Shown piece after piece: positions 49,735-59,040 of a stretch of 64,000 nucleotides of DNA. The stretch spans positions 7,799-71,798 of the forward strand of contig JAQVYY010000008.1 of NCBI GenBank assembly GCA_028708425.1, read 5' to 3'. The position numbers and the translations under genes were made by a program. The number at the start of each line of letters is the position of its first letter. The stretch's first letter is position 1. The notes under the pieces were generated by a model. That model made no database searches. It saw only the letters and a program-made list of their open reading frames with translations, and was not told where the DNA came from. Source of the stretch: Bacteroidales bacterium. GTDB taxonomy: Bacteria; Bacteroidota; Bacteroidia; Bacteroidales; Tenuifilaceae.

Positions 49735-50616
49735 TTAGCCAATTTTCTTTACTTCTATGGCAACTTTTTCCATTAGCCATAACGGGGTAGAAGTTGCCCC
49801 GCAAATGCCAACCGTTTTGGTGTTTTTAAACCAGTAAGCTTTTAACTCGCTGGGCGTGCTTACGAGGTATGTTTTGGGGTTAATCTCTTTACAAATTCGA
49901 TATAGCATTTTGCCATTTGAACTATTTTTACCGCTAACAAAAAGGATAACATCGTGATTCCTTGAAAATTTCATCAGCTCCTTTTTTCTGTTGGCAACCT
50001 GGCCACAAATAGAGTTGTGTACTTTAAATGGTATCGATTTTACTTTTAACTTTTGCCCAATTTCACTGGCAATTGCGTTATATTCATCTGAACTCATAGT
50101 TGTTTGGGCAAAAAGCTCTGTGGGCTTCGAAAAATCTATTGAGGTTAGCTTGTTAATGCTTTCTATTACAATGGCATTGCCGTTTGTTTGCCCGAGTAGG
50201 CCAACAACCTCGGCATGACCTTTTTTGCCAAATATAATAACCTGTCCGCCTATCTTACTCATTGCCTCCCAACCCAGCCTTACCTTTGTCTGTAATCTAA
50301 GTACCACGGGGCATGATGCGTCAATAAGGGCTATGCCCTTTTCAATCGCTTTTTTGTAGGTTGATGGTGGTTCGCCGTGTGCTCTTAGTAGTACTTTTTC
50401 GCCATGTAGATTATCTAAATCACTGTGCGAAATTACTTTAAGTCCTAGCGACTGTAGTCGTTGTTCCTCCTCACTGTTGTGAACGATCTGTCCTAGGCAG
50501 TATAATCTCCCGTTTTTAGCCAGCTCCTCTTCTGCTCGCGATATGGCATTTACTACGCCAAAGCAAAACCCCGAGTGGTTATCTATTTCAACGTGTATTT
50601 TAGGTTCTTTTGGCAT
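49735..50616 (-). CDS. ispH: 4-hydroxy-3-methylbut-2-enyl diphosphate reductase
   Basis: GFCFGV, RAHG, DASCP, SICGQV and GATSTP motifs. Confidence 0.96.
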   Translation of the reverse strand: MPKEPKIHVEIDNHSGFCFGVVNAISRAEEELAKNGRLYCLGQIVHNSEEEQRLQSLGLKVISHSDLDNLHGEKVLLRAHGEPPSTYKKAIEKGIALIDASCPVVLRLQTKVRLGWEAMSKIGGQVIIFGKKGHAEVVGLLGQTNGNAIVIESINKLTSIDFSKPTELFAQTTMSSDEYNAIASEIGQKLKVKSIPFKVHNSICGQVANRKKELMKFSRNHDVILFVSGKNSSNGKMLYRICKEINPKTYLVSTPSELKAYWFKNTKTVGICGATSTPLWLMEKVAIEVKKIG

Positions 50617-50665
50617 CGTCTTGTTTTTGCTTAGGCGAAAAAATGTTTCGTGTTCTTAGTGAAAG

Positions 50666-51397
50666 CTAAAGAATATCCTCAATAATTTTTTTAAACCAAA
50701 CCATTTGCTCTTCAACGGTCATATGCGAGTTGTCGAGTACTATGGCATCCTCGGCCTGGCGTAGCGGGGCAATGGCCCGGTTTTGATCAATGTAATCGCG
50801 CTCTTCAATATTCATAAGCACCTCATCCAGGGTTGCTTTTTGCCCTTTTTGTTCCATCTCTTTTAATCGGCGTTTCGCTCTGACTACTGGGTCGGCTGTC
50901 ATAAATATTTTGAGCTCAGCATCGGGAAACACAACGGTTCCAATATCTCGACCGTCCATAACCGTTCCTTTTTTTTTGCCCATTTCTTGCTGTAGCTGGG
51001 TCATTTTTTTACGAACCAAGGGAATTGTTGAAACGGGGCTAACCATATTCGAGACCTCAAGGGATCGGATTTTATCCTCAACTATTTCGCCGTTAAGGGT
51101 TGTGAACCAGCCGCTTTTGTTGGGGATATTAGCCAACCCTACCTCAATGTTGCTTAGTAGGTTTTGCAGCTGATTTTCATTGGCATCGTCGATTGAAGTT
51201 ATTCCTGCACGGATAAGGGCGAGGGTTACAGCTCTGTACATTGCGCCGCTATCTATATATAGGTAGTTTAGATGTTCTGCTATTTGCTTGGCAAATGTGC
51301 TTTTCCCGCACGATGAGTACCCGTCAACTGCTATGGTGATTCGTTTCTTTTCCACAAATTTTAGTTTTTTGAATGTAATGCAACAAAGATAATTCAA
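50666..51397 (-). CDS. cmk: Cytidylate kinase
   Basis: IAVDGYSSCGKST, DSGAMYR and DGRDIGTVVFPDA motifs; start uncertain. Confidence 0.96.
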   Translation of the reverse strand: MNYLCCITFKKLKFVEKKRITIAVDGYSSCGKSTFAKQIAEHLNYLYIDSGAMYRAVTLALIRAGITSIDDANENQLQNLLSNIEVGLANIPNKSGWFTTLNGEIVEDKIRSLEVSNMVSPVSTIPLVRKKMTQLQQEMGKKKGTVMDGRDIGTVVFPDAELKIFMTADPVVRAKRRLKEMEQKGQKATLDEVLMNIEERDYIDQNRAIAPLRQAEDAIVLDNSHMTVEEQMVWFKKIIEDIL

Positions 51398-51427
51398 AAA
51401 AACGAGTAGGCATTACTCCTTTTTTCT

Positions 51428-52468
51428 TTATAAGAAGTTGTTTAGGTTTGTGCTTATTGAGAAAAGGTTTGAAGAGCCTGCCAAATGATAGGTGGCTCGG
51501 CTATAGTTAATGCTTAACTTTTTTAGTTTGATACCTACTCCCCAGCTAAAACCCACAAGAGAGGCGCGCTCCTCTATTTTTAGCTCGTTCCTACGCTGAA
51601 AATTATAGCCTCCTCTTACGTAAAAACTTTCTACTGGAACAAACTCAATCCCTAAAATAAGGTGGCTTATCATTTCACTTCCTATTTTCTCAAAGGTTGA
51701 GGGCGTAACCTGAGTTTCCTCACCAAAAAAGGTTGTATTATTATCGGGTCGACTATAGTAAAGGTTAACCGTTTGCAGCTGTTGAAAGGTGCCAACAAAA
51801 CGGAATGGGGCATGTTTTAATTTTTGACTTACGCTTGCAATAACTTCAAATGGCAATTTCTCGGGAGTGTTTGGGGTGTAAGGTTTTAGCATTGTTCCAA
51901 TATTACGGGCAACCATAGCGACTGAAAAAAGTTTTGTTCTGTTGGTAAACGATACGCCAATATCAGCACAAATCCCGAACGAATTGTATGCCTCTAAATG
52001 CGAGTAAATTGGCTTTAGATTAACTCCAACTGTTATTAGGCTGTCGAAGGTTTTAGCGTAAATTAGGTTTAGCGCCATATCGGAGCCCGAAAAATTTCCT
52101 GTGATTTGCCCCGTAGGATCGGCCTCGATAAACTTGCCATAGTTTACATACTGAATACCTACACCGAATGTACCAATCTTTCCCATATCCCTGAAATACG
52201 AGGCCACTCCGTATTGAATATCGGCAAAGTATGATGTATACGATAGCTTAACGTGATTGTGTAGCTCATGGTTTAGGTGTGCGGGATTGGTTAGCACTAT
52301 TCCGGGGTCAATTTCATCCAAAGTAGCCGTTTTACCACCCAGAGCAGCACTTCGAGGAGAAAAGGTTAGGTTAAGAAAATCGTATGTACCCTGTCCTCCA
52401 ATTTGGCTATTAGCCATTTTAGATACTGTAGACAGGATCAGTAGTACTAAAACGATACGTTTTTTCAT
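51428..52468 (-). CDS. porQ: Type IX secretion system protein PorQ
   Basis: QIGGQGTYDFLNL..SPRSAALGG, YNFQRRNELK; located next to cmk. Confidence 0.8.
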   Translation of the reverse strand: MKKRIVLVLLILSTVSKMANSQIGGQGTYDFLNLTFSPRSAALGGKTATLDEIDPGIVLTNPAHLNHELHNHVKLSYTSYFADIQYGVASYFRDMGKIGTFGVGIQYVNYGKFIEADPTGQITGNFSGSDMALNLIYAKTFDSLITVGVNLKPIYSHLEAYNSFGICADIGVSFTNRTKLFSVAMVARNIGTMLKPYTPNTPEKLPFEVIASVSQKLKHAPFRFVGTFQQLQTVNLYYSRPDNNTTFFGEETQVTPSTFEKIGSEMISHLILGIEFVPVESFYVRGGYNFQRRNELKIEERASLVGFSWGVGIKLKKLSINYSRATYHLAGSSNLFSISTNLNNFL

Positions 52469-52612
52469 TAGAATAATCTAGTGATTGCAAATATATAAGC
52501 AAAACTAATAAATGCTGAAAATATTGCTAATTATTAATGTAAATTGTACTTAGGGGTGTTATAAGGGTTGATTTATAGGACTTTTTTCTATGTAGTTGCA
52601 GCTATAGATAAG

Positions 52613-53521
52613 CTACCATTTCTTGTTTCGGCTAAAAGTGCCTTTTTTTAGCTGAGATAGTAATAGCCCGAAGAACACAACCAGTATACCAATTATTTTC
52701 AGAATAGTAAGTTTTTCATCAAGCACAAAGTAAGCAAAAATTGCCGTTACTGCAGGGATGCCATTGGTAAAGATACTTGCCTTAGAAACCCCCAAATGTT
52801 TTATGGCGTGGGTAAAGAATATGAACGCAAGGGTTGATGCAAAAACACCCAGGTTTAGCAGCGGTATAATAACATCCCAGGTAGGCGTAACCTGAACGAA
52901 CTCTTTGTAATCGAGGATAAAGAAAAGGGGCAAAAAGTAGAATATACCAATAAGGTTTTGGTAGGCTACAATTGAAAATGCGTTATGCTTTTTCGTGAGC
53001 TTTTTTATTATCAGCGATGCCGCTATGGCCGAAACAACCGCCAACGACAAAAAGGCAATGCCAAGAGGATTAATATCGCTAAAATTTAACCCCTGATGGA
53101 AAATTACCAATCCAACCCCTATAACCGATACAATAATACCGAAAAAGTTCATCACCGTAATGCGCTCATTTGCAAGGTAAAAGGCAACTAGTGGGGTAAA
53201 TAGCGGGATGGTTGCAATGATTACTGCCGAAAGTGTTGATGATGTTAGGCTTACGCCGTAACTCTCGCCTAGGAAGTATAAAAAAGGCTGAAAAAGGCCC
53301 AGCAAAAGGTATGGTTTTATATCCTTACGTTTTATCTTATTAAGCTTGCCAATTGCTGCGGCAACTGTAAAAAGTAGGATGCTTGATATTACCAGCCGCA
53401 TTAGCACCAACGAAATGGGCTTGTACAGCACCAGTACCTCTTTATACCACACAAAGGAGAACGCCCAAAAAATAGTGGCGAATATTATGCTTAGGTAAAC
53501 CCCAACAAGTTTTTTATTCAT
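52613..53521 (-). CDS. EamA/DMT family transporter
   Basis: Ten-TM repeat pattern; FWAFSF and GLFQPFLYF motifs. Confidence 0.9.
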   Translation of the reverse strand: MNKKLVGVYLSIIFATIFWAFSFVWYKEVLVLYKPISLVLMRLVISSILLFTVAAAIGKLNKIKRKDIKPYLLLGLFQPFLYFLGESYGVSLTSSTLSAVIIATIPLFTPLVAFYLANERITVMNFFGIIVSVIGVGLVIFHQGLNFSDINPLGIAFLSLAVVSAIAASLIIKKLTKKHNAFSIVAYQNLIGIFYFLPLFFILDYKEFVQVTPTWDVIIPLLNLGVFASTLAFIFFTHAIKHLGVSKASIFTNGIPAVTAIFAYFVLDEKLTILKIIGILVVFFGLLLSQLKKGTFSRNKKW

Positions 53522-53574
53522 TGTAATGTGCTTTCTGCCCTTTTAGACTGGCAAAATTAAAAAGGTTTGGTTAC

Positions 53575-53724
53575 TAACCCCAAATTATTCATTCGAATAA
53601 TTGGGGTATCTGGCGGCGATTAGGTTTCACAACCAGTTTTTTTTAACCAAAATTGGGTTTTACTAGGTCGGGGCAACCCGCATTTGCATTTACCTTTTAT
53701 AAATTTGATGAATAATGCGGGCTA
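53575..53724 (-). mobile_element. MITE-like repeat family 1, copy 12
   Basis: Reverse-complement copy; TA at both ends. Confidence 0.85.
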
Positions 53725-53737
53725 AATTATATAAAAT

Positions 53738-53836
53738 CACTATTGTCCAGAGAATCCCTCTTCTTATAAAACCTGTTAAAATTTTGTCATTCTGAGCATT
53801 AGCGAAGAATCTCAAAAGATTTACCGGACAACAGTG
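53738..53836 (+). mobile_element. MITE-like repeat family 2, 99-bp copy with 9-bp TSD ATATAAAAT
   Basis: TIRs CACTATTGTCC / GGACAACAGTG; identical 9-mers at 53729-53737 and 53837-53845. Confidence 0.88.
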
Positions 53837-53920
53837 ATATAAAATGAAGTAAAGCCGTTTGTTTTTTATTAAAAGTAGCTGAATGTATGTGGTTACCAAC
53901 TAAAATTTTTAATTTTACAG

Positions 53921-55063
53921 ATGCGAAAAAGCGTTACTATGGATGAACTAATTCGCCTAAGGCACGAGTTGCACAGGAATCCTGAACTTTCGGGTCACGA
54001 AAGGGCTACTGGGAAAAGGTTACGATTTTATCTAAAAAAATATAAACCCAACGAGCTTATTACGGGAATTGCAGGGAGGGGTATGGCTGCTGTTTTTAAT
54101 GGTAGCGAGCCTGGCCCAACGGTATTAATTCGTTGCGATTTAGATGCTGTTCCCATACAAGAAACTAGCGGTAAGCCACATTCTTCGGTAGCTAATGGGG
54201 CGTCACATGCCTGTGGGCACGATGGGCACATGGTTATGGTATCGGGATTGGCTTCGCAGCTCAACACCAATCCACCAAAACGGGGTAGGGTAATTCTTTT
54301 TTATCAACCCGAGGAGGAGAATGGTCGGGGTGCTAAAAATTCTATTGAGCATTTAAGAAGGTTAAACCTTTTCCCCGACTTTGCCTTCGCGCTACATAAT
54401 ATGCCAAAATACCCTATTGGAAGCATAGTATTAGCTAAGCATACTTTTGCTGCAGCATCTAAGGGCATGATAATAAAATTAATTGGAAAAAATTCACATG
54501 CAGCATTTCCAGAGAAAGGAATTAATCCGGCATTGGCTATTGCAGAGATTACTCAGGAGCTGTGCTTACTAGCGAACAAAAGCGATTTTGACGATTTTGT
54601 GCTTACCACCGTAATCCATATAAGACTTGGCGATGTGGCATTCGGAACATCACCAGGCTATGGCGAGCTGATGCTTACGCTTCGATCATTCGATAATGAG
54701 GATATGGAGAAGCTGACGGCTAAAACCGTACAAATTGCAGAGCATATTGGAATAAAACATGGGCTGTCTATCGAAACCCATATTACCGATGATTATCCAG
54801 CAGCAGTAAATCATCCCGAGCTTAAATTGCTTGTAAAAGAGTTGGCTAGCAAACAGGATAGAGTGGTGGTTAGACTTAAAGAGCCCAACCGATGGTCTGA
54901 TGATTTTGCCCATTTTGCTCAGGAGGTACCCTCAATTATATTTGGGTTGGGAGTAGGTGAGGATGCTCCCGATTTGCATAGCCCCGATTACGATTTTCCC
55001 GATGAGGCGATTGAGCATGGGATAGAAATTTTCGACAGCATTGTTTCTCATTATCTAAGATGA
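53921..55063 (+). CDS. M20D family amidohydrolase
   Basis: RHELHRNPELS, HACGHDGH, QPEEE, SDDFA and LHSPDYDF motifs. Confidence 0.9.
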   Translation: MRKSVTMDELIRLRHELHRNPELSGHERATGKRLRFYLKKYKPNELITGIAGRGMAAVFNGSEPGPTVLIRCDLDAVPIQETSGKPHSSVANGASHACGHDGHMVMVSGLASQLNTNPPKRGRVILFYQPEEENGRGAKNSIEHLRRLNLFPDFAFALHNMPKYPIGSIVLAKHTFAAASKGMIIKLIGKNSHAAFPEKGINPALAIAEITQELCLLANKSDFDDFVLTTVIHIRLGDVAFGTSPGYGELMLTLRSFDNEDMEKLTAKTVQIAEHIGIKHGLSIETHITDDYPAAVNHPELKLLVKELASKQDRVVVRLKEPNRWSDDFAHFAQEVPSIIFGLGVGEDAPDLHSPDYDFPDEAIEHGIEIFDSIVSHYLR

Positions 55064-55081
55064 TAGCCCGCACATAGGATT

Positions 55082-55229
55082 CAGCCCCAATTATTCATTC
55101 AAATAATTGTCGTCTCCGGCAATAACTAATGCTCACAACCAGCTTTGTTGCCCAAAATTGGGCTTCACTAGGTCGGGGTAACCCGCATTTGTATTCATCT
55201 TTAATAAATTTGATGAATAATGCGGGTTA
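55082..55229 (-). mobile_element. MITE-like repeat family 1, copy 13
   Basis: Reverse-complement copy. Confidence 0.88.
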
Positions 55230-55248
55230 ACATTCACACATATTTTAC

Positions 55249-55256
55249 TACTTTTG
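55249..55256 (+). promoter_or_regulatory. Bacteroidota -7 promoter of hpt-adk-obgE
   Basis: TACTTTTG ~45 bp upstream of the hpt ATG. Confidence 0.55.
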
Positions 55257-55301
55257 CCCAAAGTTTAGTGTAACATTGGGTAAATGTAATAACGCGAAAT
55301 C

Positions 55302-55838
55302 ATGAAAAATGTAAAGCTTTGGGACAAGGAGTTTAGGATAAGCTATCCGGCCAATGAGATTAAAAAAGATGTTGAGGCGATGGCTCAGGATCTTAGCCGC
55401 GATTTGGCAAATGAAGAAAATCCGTTGTTTCTTAGCGTTTTAAATGGTTCGTTCGTATTTACTGCCGATTTTGTACGAAACCTAAAGTTCCCCTGCGAGA
55501 TATCATTCGTGAAGCTCGCTTCGTACCAAGGGACTAAAACAACCGGAACGGTAAATCAGCTAATTGGACTTACCGAGAATATCGAGGGGCGTACCGTGGT
55601 TATTCTCGAGGATATTGTTGATACAGGTATTACTCTCGGAAAGCTTGTTGATACGCTTAATAGCTTTAACCCTAAGGCTGTAAAAATAGCTACGTTACTT
55701 TTTAAACCCGATTCGTACAAGGGAAAAGTTAAGATAGATTATGTTGGGAGGAACATTCCTAACGAGTTTATTGTTGGGTATGGTTTGGATTATGACGGTT
55801 TAGGTAGAAATTTAGCCGATATTTATACGCTTGTGTAG
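55302..55838 (+). CDS. hpt: Hypoxanthine phosphoribosyltransferase
   Basis: VLNGSFVF, ILEDIVDTG and FIVGYGLDY motifs. Confidence 0.95.
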   Translation: MKNVKLWDKEFRISYPANEIKKDVEAMAQDLSRDLANEENPLFLSVLNGSFVFTADFVRNLKFPCEISFVKLASYQGTKTTGTVNQLIGLTENIEGRTVVILEDIVDTGITLGKLVDTLNSFNPKAVKIATLLFKPDSYKGKVKIDYVGRNIPNEFIVGYGLDYDGLGRNLADIYTLV

Positions 55839-55868
55839 CGTACACAGAAAATAATTTTTGATGCAACC

Positions 55869-56453
55869 ATGCTGAATATTGTTTTGTTTGGCCCTCCTGG
55901 CGCGGGGAAAGGCACCCATTCGCAAAGATTAGTAAGTAGGTATAACCTAAAACATCTCTCAACTGGCGATATACTCCGGAGTGCCATTCAGGAGCAAACC
56001 GAAGAAGGTATTGAGGCAGCAAAGTTTATGGATAGAGGCGAGTTGGCACCCGATAGAATTGCTTTAAAAATTATTGGGCAGTGTCTCGATGAATTTAATG
56101 GAACGACGAATGGTTTTGTGTTCGATGGCTTTCCAAGAACTACAGTCCAAGCTGCCGAATTTGATGTTTTGATGAAAAATCGAAATACTGCCGTATCGCT
56201 AATGCTTAGCTTGGAGGTTGAGTACGATGAGCTTATTTTGCGACTTGAAAAACGGGCTCAGCATAGTGGCAGAATCGATGATGGTGATATCTCCATAATA
56301 AAAAATCGTATCCAAGTGTATAACCAACAAACTCGCCCAGTGAAGGAGTACTACAAGAAGCAGGGTAAATATGTTGAAATACATGGGATGGGCACTGTGG
56401 ATGAGATTTTTCAGAAAATTTGTAATGTGGTTGAACTTATCGAAAGTCGATAA
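55869..56453 (+). CDS. adk: Adenylate kinase
   Basis: GPPGAGKGT, STGDILR and DGFPRT motifs. Confidence 0.95.
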   Translation: MLNIVLFGPPGAGKGTHSQRLVSRYNLKHLSTGDILRSAIQEQTEEGIEAAKFMDRGELAPDRIALKIIGQCLDEFNGTTNGFVFDGFPRTTVQAAEFDVLMKNRNTAVSLMLSLEVEYDELILRLEKRAQHSGRIDDGDISIIKNRIQVYNQQTRPVKEYYKKQGKYVEIHGMGTVDEIFQKICNVVELIESR

Positions 56454-56503
56454 TGATATAGCAGATGGTAATTGTGACACTATTGTAAACATAAGAATGA
56501 CCT

Positions 56504-57493
56504 ATGGCCTCGATGAATTTTGTTGATTATGTGAAGATCTTTTGCCGGTCGGGAAAAGGGGGTGCGGGTAGTACGCATCTTAGACGAGAAAAGTTTGTGC
56601 CTAAAGGTGGCCCCGATGGGGGCGACGGTGGGCGAGGAGGGCATGTTTACCTAAAGGGGAACGACCAGCTGTGGACTCTTATCCATTTAAAGTACCAACG
56701 ACACATTTTTGCTGGGCATGGGGCTGCTGGAAGTGGCAGCCGAAGCACAGGTGCCGATGGTAAGGATGTTACCATTGAGGTGCCTTTGGGAACCGTGGCT
56801 GTTGATGCTGAAACCAAGGAGGTGGTATGCGAAATTACCGAGCACGGACAGGAAATTGTTTTAAAGAAAGGCGGTAGGGGTGGCCTTGGAAACTGGCATT
56901 TTAAATCGTCCACCATGCAAACCCCCAGATTTGCGCAACCCGGTGAGGATAGTGTGGAGGGTTGGGTTATTCTTGAGCTGAAAATATTGGCCGACATTGG
57001 TTTGGTTGGCCTTCCGAATGCTGGTAAATCAACCCTGCTATCTACCATAACTGCTGCCAAACCCAAAATTGCCGACTATCCCTTTACAACGCTAGTCCCC
57101 AATCTAGGTATTGTACCCTATCGCAACGGCCGCTCGTTTGTTATTGCCGATATCCCTGGAATTATTGAGGGTGCTCACGAGGGTAAAGGGCTTGGGATCC
57201 GTTTTTTGCGACATATAGAGCGAAACTCGATGCTGCTTTTTATGATACCCATTGATAGCCCCAACATTATTGAGGAGTATAACACATTGATTAACGAGTT
57301 GAGCCAGTTTAATGTTGAGCTGCTCGATAAGCAGCGTATGCTAGCCATAACAAAGTGCGATATGGCCGATGATGAGATAAAAGCTGCGGTTGAAAAAGAG
57401 CTGCCCGACGTAAAAAGTGTTTTTATCTCATCGGTATCGGGCGAAGGGATTACTGAGCTAAAGGATATGCTTTGGGATGAGCTGAATGGTTGA
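56504..57493 (+). CDS. obgE: GTPase ObgE/CgtA
   Basis: [26 protein letters not shown] and DIPG motifs. Confidence 0.97.
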   Translation: MASMNFVDYVKIFCRSGKGGAGSTHLRREKFVPKGGPDGGDGGRGGHVYLKGNDQLWTLIHLKYQRHIFAGHGAAGSGSRSTGADGKDVTIEVPLGTVAVDAETKEVVCEITEHGQEIVLKKGGRGGLGNWHFKSSTMQTPRFAQPGEDSVEGWVILELKILADIGLVGLPNAGKSTLLSTITAAKPKIADYPFTTLVPNLGIVPYRNGRSFVIADIPGIIEGAHEGKGLGIRFLRHIERNSMLLFMIPIDSPNIIEEYNTLINELSQFNVELLDKQRMLAITKCDMADDEIKAAVEKELPDVKSVFISSVSGEGITELKDMLWDELNG

Positions 57494-57504
57494 GACAGTT
57501 GATG

Positions 57505-57513
57505 GTTGAGTGC
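57505..57513 (+). other. Putative cassette core site GTTGAGTGC (GTTRRRY)
   Basis: Fits GTTRRRY and is nearly complementary (7/9) to GCACACAGC at the start of the downstream palindrome. Confidence 0.45.
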
Positions 57514-57585
57514 AAGCCTAAAAAAGACAGCAAAGCGACAGGAAACCAAAAAAACAGAGATAAAATAAACCTGTAGGTTGATTAA

Positions 57586-58110
57586 GTGAAAATAGTTCGT
57601 ATCTTTGCAGACCAATTATTTGCTTTTCATTATGAAACTGAGGCTGATAATGTGTTGCGTAAATTATTATCGTTATGGAACGATATAGCGCATTTACACC
57701 AGTTTGTCATGCGGCACAAAGCCGATGTGCCTCAAAACCTACCCATACCAACATTAATCAGTCAACTTATTGATAATGCAAACCACATTGATGATACGCT
57801 CAATGAAATATCAACAGCCCCACACAGGAGTTTGGAAGAATTTTTCAACCCCCTGAATAATCAAGAATACCACATTGTGGAACTATCGAAGCAGAAAGGA
57901 AGAAAGAACTATTTGAGATTATATGCGATTAGAATTGACAAGAACTGCTTTGTGATTACAGGTGGTGCAATAAAATTTCACCACTTAAACAGAGACCGGC
58001 CGCATACACAACAGGAAATGAAAAAAATAGACAAATGCCGAAATTACTTAAAAGACAATGGCGTATTTGATGTAGATTCATTTCATGAATTTTTAAAAGA
58101 ACAACAATGA
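57586..58110 (+). CDS. Putative HigB/RelE-superfamily toxin with N-terminal extension (TAC toxin)
   Basis: C-terminal LRLYAIRIDKNCFVITGGAIK...QEMKKIDKCRNYL resembles the Gp49/HigB pattern; first gene of a coupled trio. Confidence 0.6.
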   Translation: MKIVRIFADQLFAFHYETEADNVLRKLLSLWNDIAHLHQFVMRHKADVPQNLPIPTLISQLIDNANHIDDTLNEISTAPHRSLEEFFNPLNNQEYHIVELSKQKGRKNYLRLYAIRIDKNCFVITGGAIKFHHLNRDRPHTQQEMKKIDKCRNYLKDNGVFDVDSFHEFLKEQQ

Positions 58111-58568
58111 CAAACAAGGAGAAATTACTTCAGCTAGTTTCAGGAGAAGACACCAAAACAATCGCTGAGGTAAAGCAGCGAATAAAAAGCCGTGCAATGT
58201 TGCATGAATCGCAACAAATTGCCATAAAGGTGTTTATGAAATTAGACGAATTAGGTTGGTCGCAAAAAGACTTAGCGAAAGAAATGGGAGTCTCTCCACA
58301 ACAAATCACAAAAATCGTAAGCGGTAAAGAAAACCTAACCATTGAAACGCAAATCAAGTTGCAGCATATTTTGAATATCCCTGTATTGGCAAGCTACTAC
58401 GAAAACAAAATGGCTGAAATGGAAGAATGGATTCTAACTATTGAAAAGCGGGTAGAAAGCATAGCTGCACAAACGTTACACATCAGCGACAATTATCAGG
58501 CTACTAAAACCGTGAGATTGGAAACTTATCATTATTCACAAGAGTTCTATCAACTTCTAGCTGTATAA
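58107..58568 (+). CDS. XRE-family HTH antitoxin (HigA-like) with C-terminal tail
   Basis: WSQKDLAKEMGVSPQQITKIVSGKENLTIETQIKLQHILN helix-turn-helix; ATGA overlap with the toxin. Confidence 0.85.
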   Translation: MTNKEKLLQLVSGEDTKTIAEVKQRIKSRAMLHESQQIAIKVFMKLDELGWSQKDLAKEMGVSPQQITKIVSGKENLTIETQIKLQHILNIPVLASYYENKMAEMEEWILTIEKRVESIAAQTLHISDNYQATKTVRLETYHYSQEFYQLLAV

Positions 58569-59014
58569 TGAAAAAAAATAACACACAAGTAGAGTTTGCA
58601 TTGCAAGGAATAAAAACCGAGCAATTCGCCATTTTTGAAGAAAACTATGCCTCTAAAAAAGAAACAGGTTTAAGCACTGAATTACAGTTTAAACTAGACC
58701 AAAAAAACAAACAGATTGGAGTGTTTCTTGGGTTTGAATTTATTCAGGGAAAAAAGATTTTTCTGAAGATTCAAGTTAGCTGCCATTTTAAGATTAAAGA
58801 AAATTCTTGGACACATTTTATTCAGGAAGAGAGCAACAAACTAGTTGTACCCAAAATATTTTTGGCACATTTAGCAATGATAACCACAGGTACAACAAGG
58901 GGTGTATTATTTGCAAAAACAGAGTCAACACCATTTTATAAATTTATCGTTCCAACATTAAATGTAGCTGAAATGATTAAAGAAGATGCTACGTTTGATA
59001 TGGTTGTTGAATAA
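58568..59014 (+). CDS. SecB-like chaperone (TAC chaperone)
   Basis: 148 aa, four-strand then helix pattern; C-terminal FLAHLAMITTGTTRGVLFAKTESTPFYKFIVPTLNV parallels the SecB helix and LP.xN motif; TAATG overlap. Confidence 0.7.
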   Translation: MKKNNTQVEFALQGIKTEQFAIFEENYASKKETGLSTELQFKLDQKNKQIGVFLGFEFIQGKKIFLKIQVSCHFKIKENSWTHFIQEESNKLVVPKIFLAHLAMITTGTTRGVLFAKTESTPFYKFIVPTLNVAEMIKEDATFDMVVE

Positions 59015-59040
59015 TGGACGAATTATAAAACAGAACGCCA

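Noticed and set aside
57486-57510. ATGGTTGAG direct repeat around the obgE stop as a target-site duplication of the TAC insertion
   Set aside because: Both copies are on the left side of the cassette and none is at the right boundary, so it is not a TSD. It does weaken the uniqueness of the GTT core-site call.
57600-57607. TATCTTTG promoter-like motif inside the toxin gene implying a later start
   Set aside because: The next ATG (57632) is out of frame; the GTG at 57586 gives a continuous ORF
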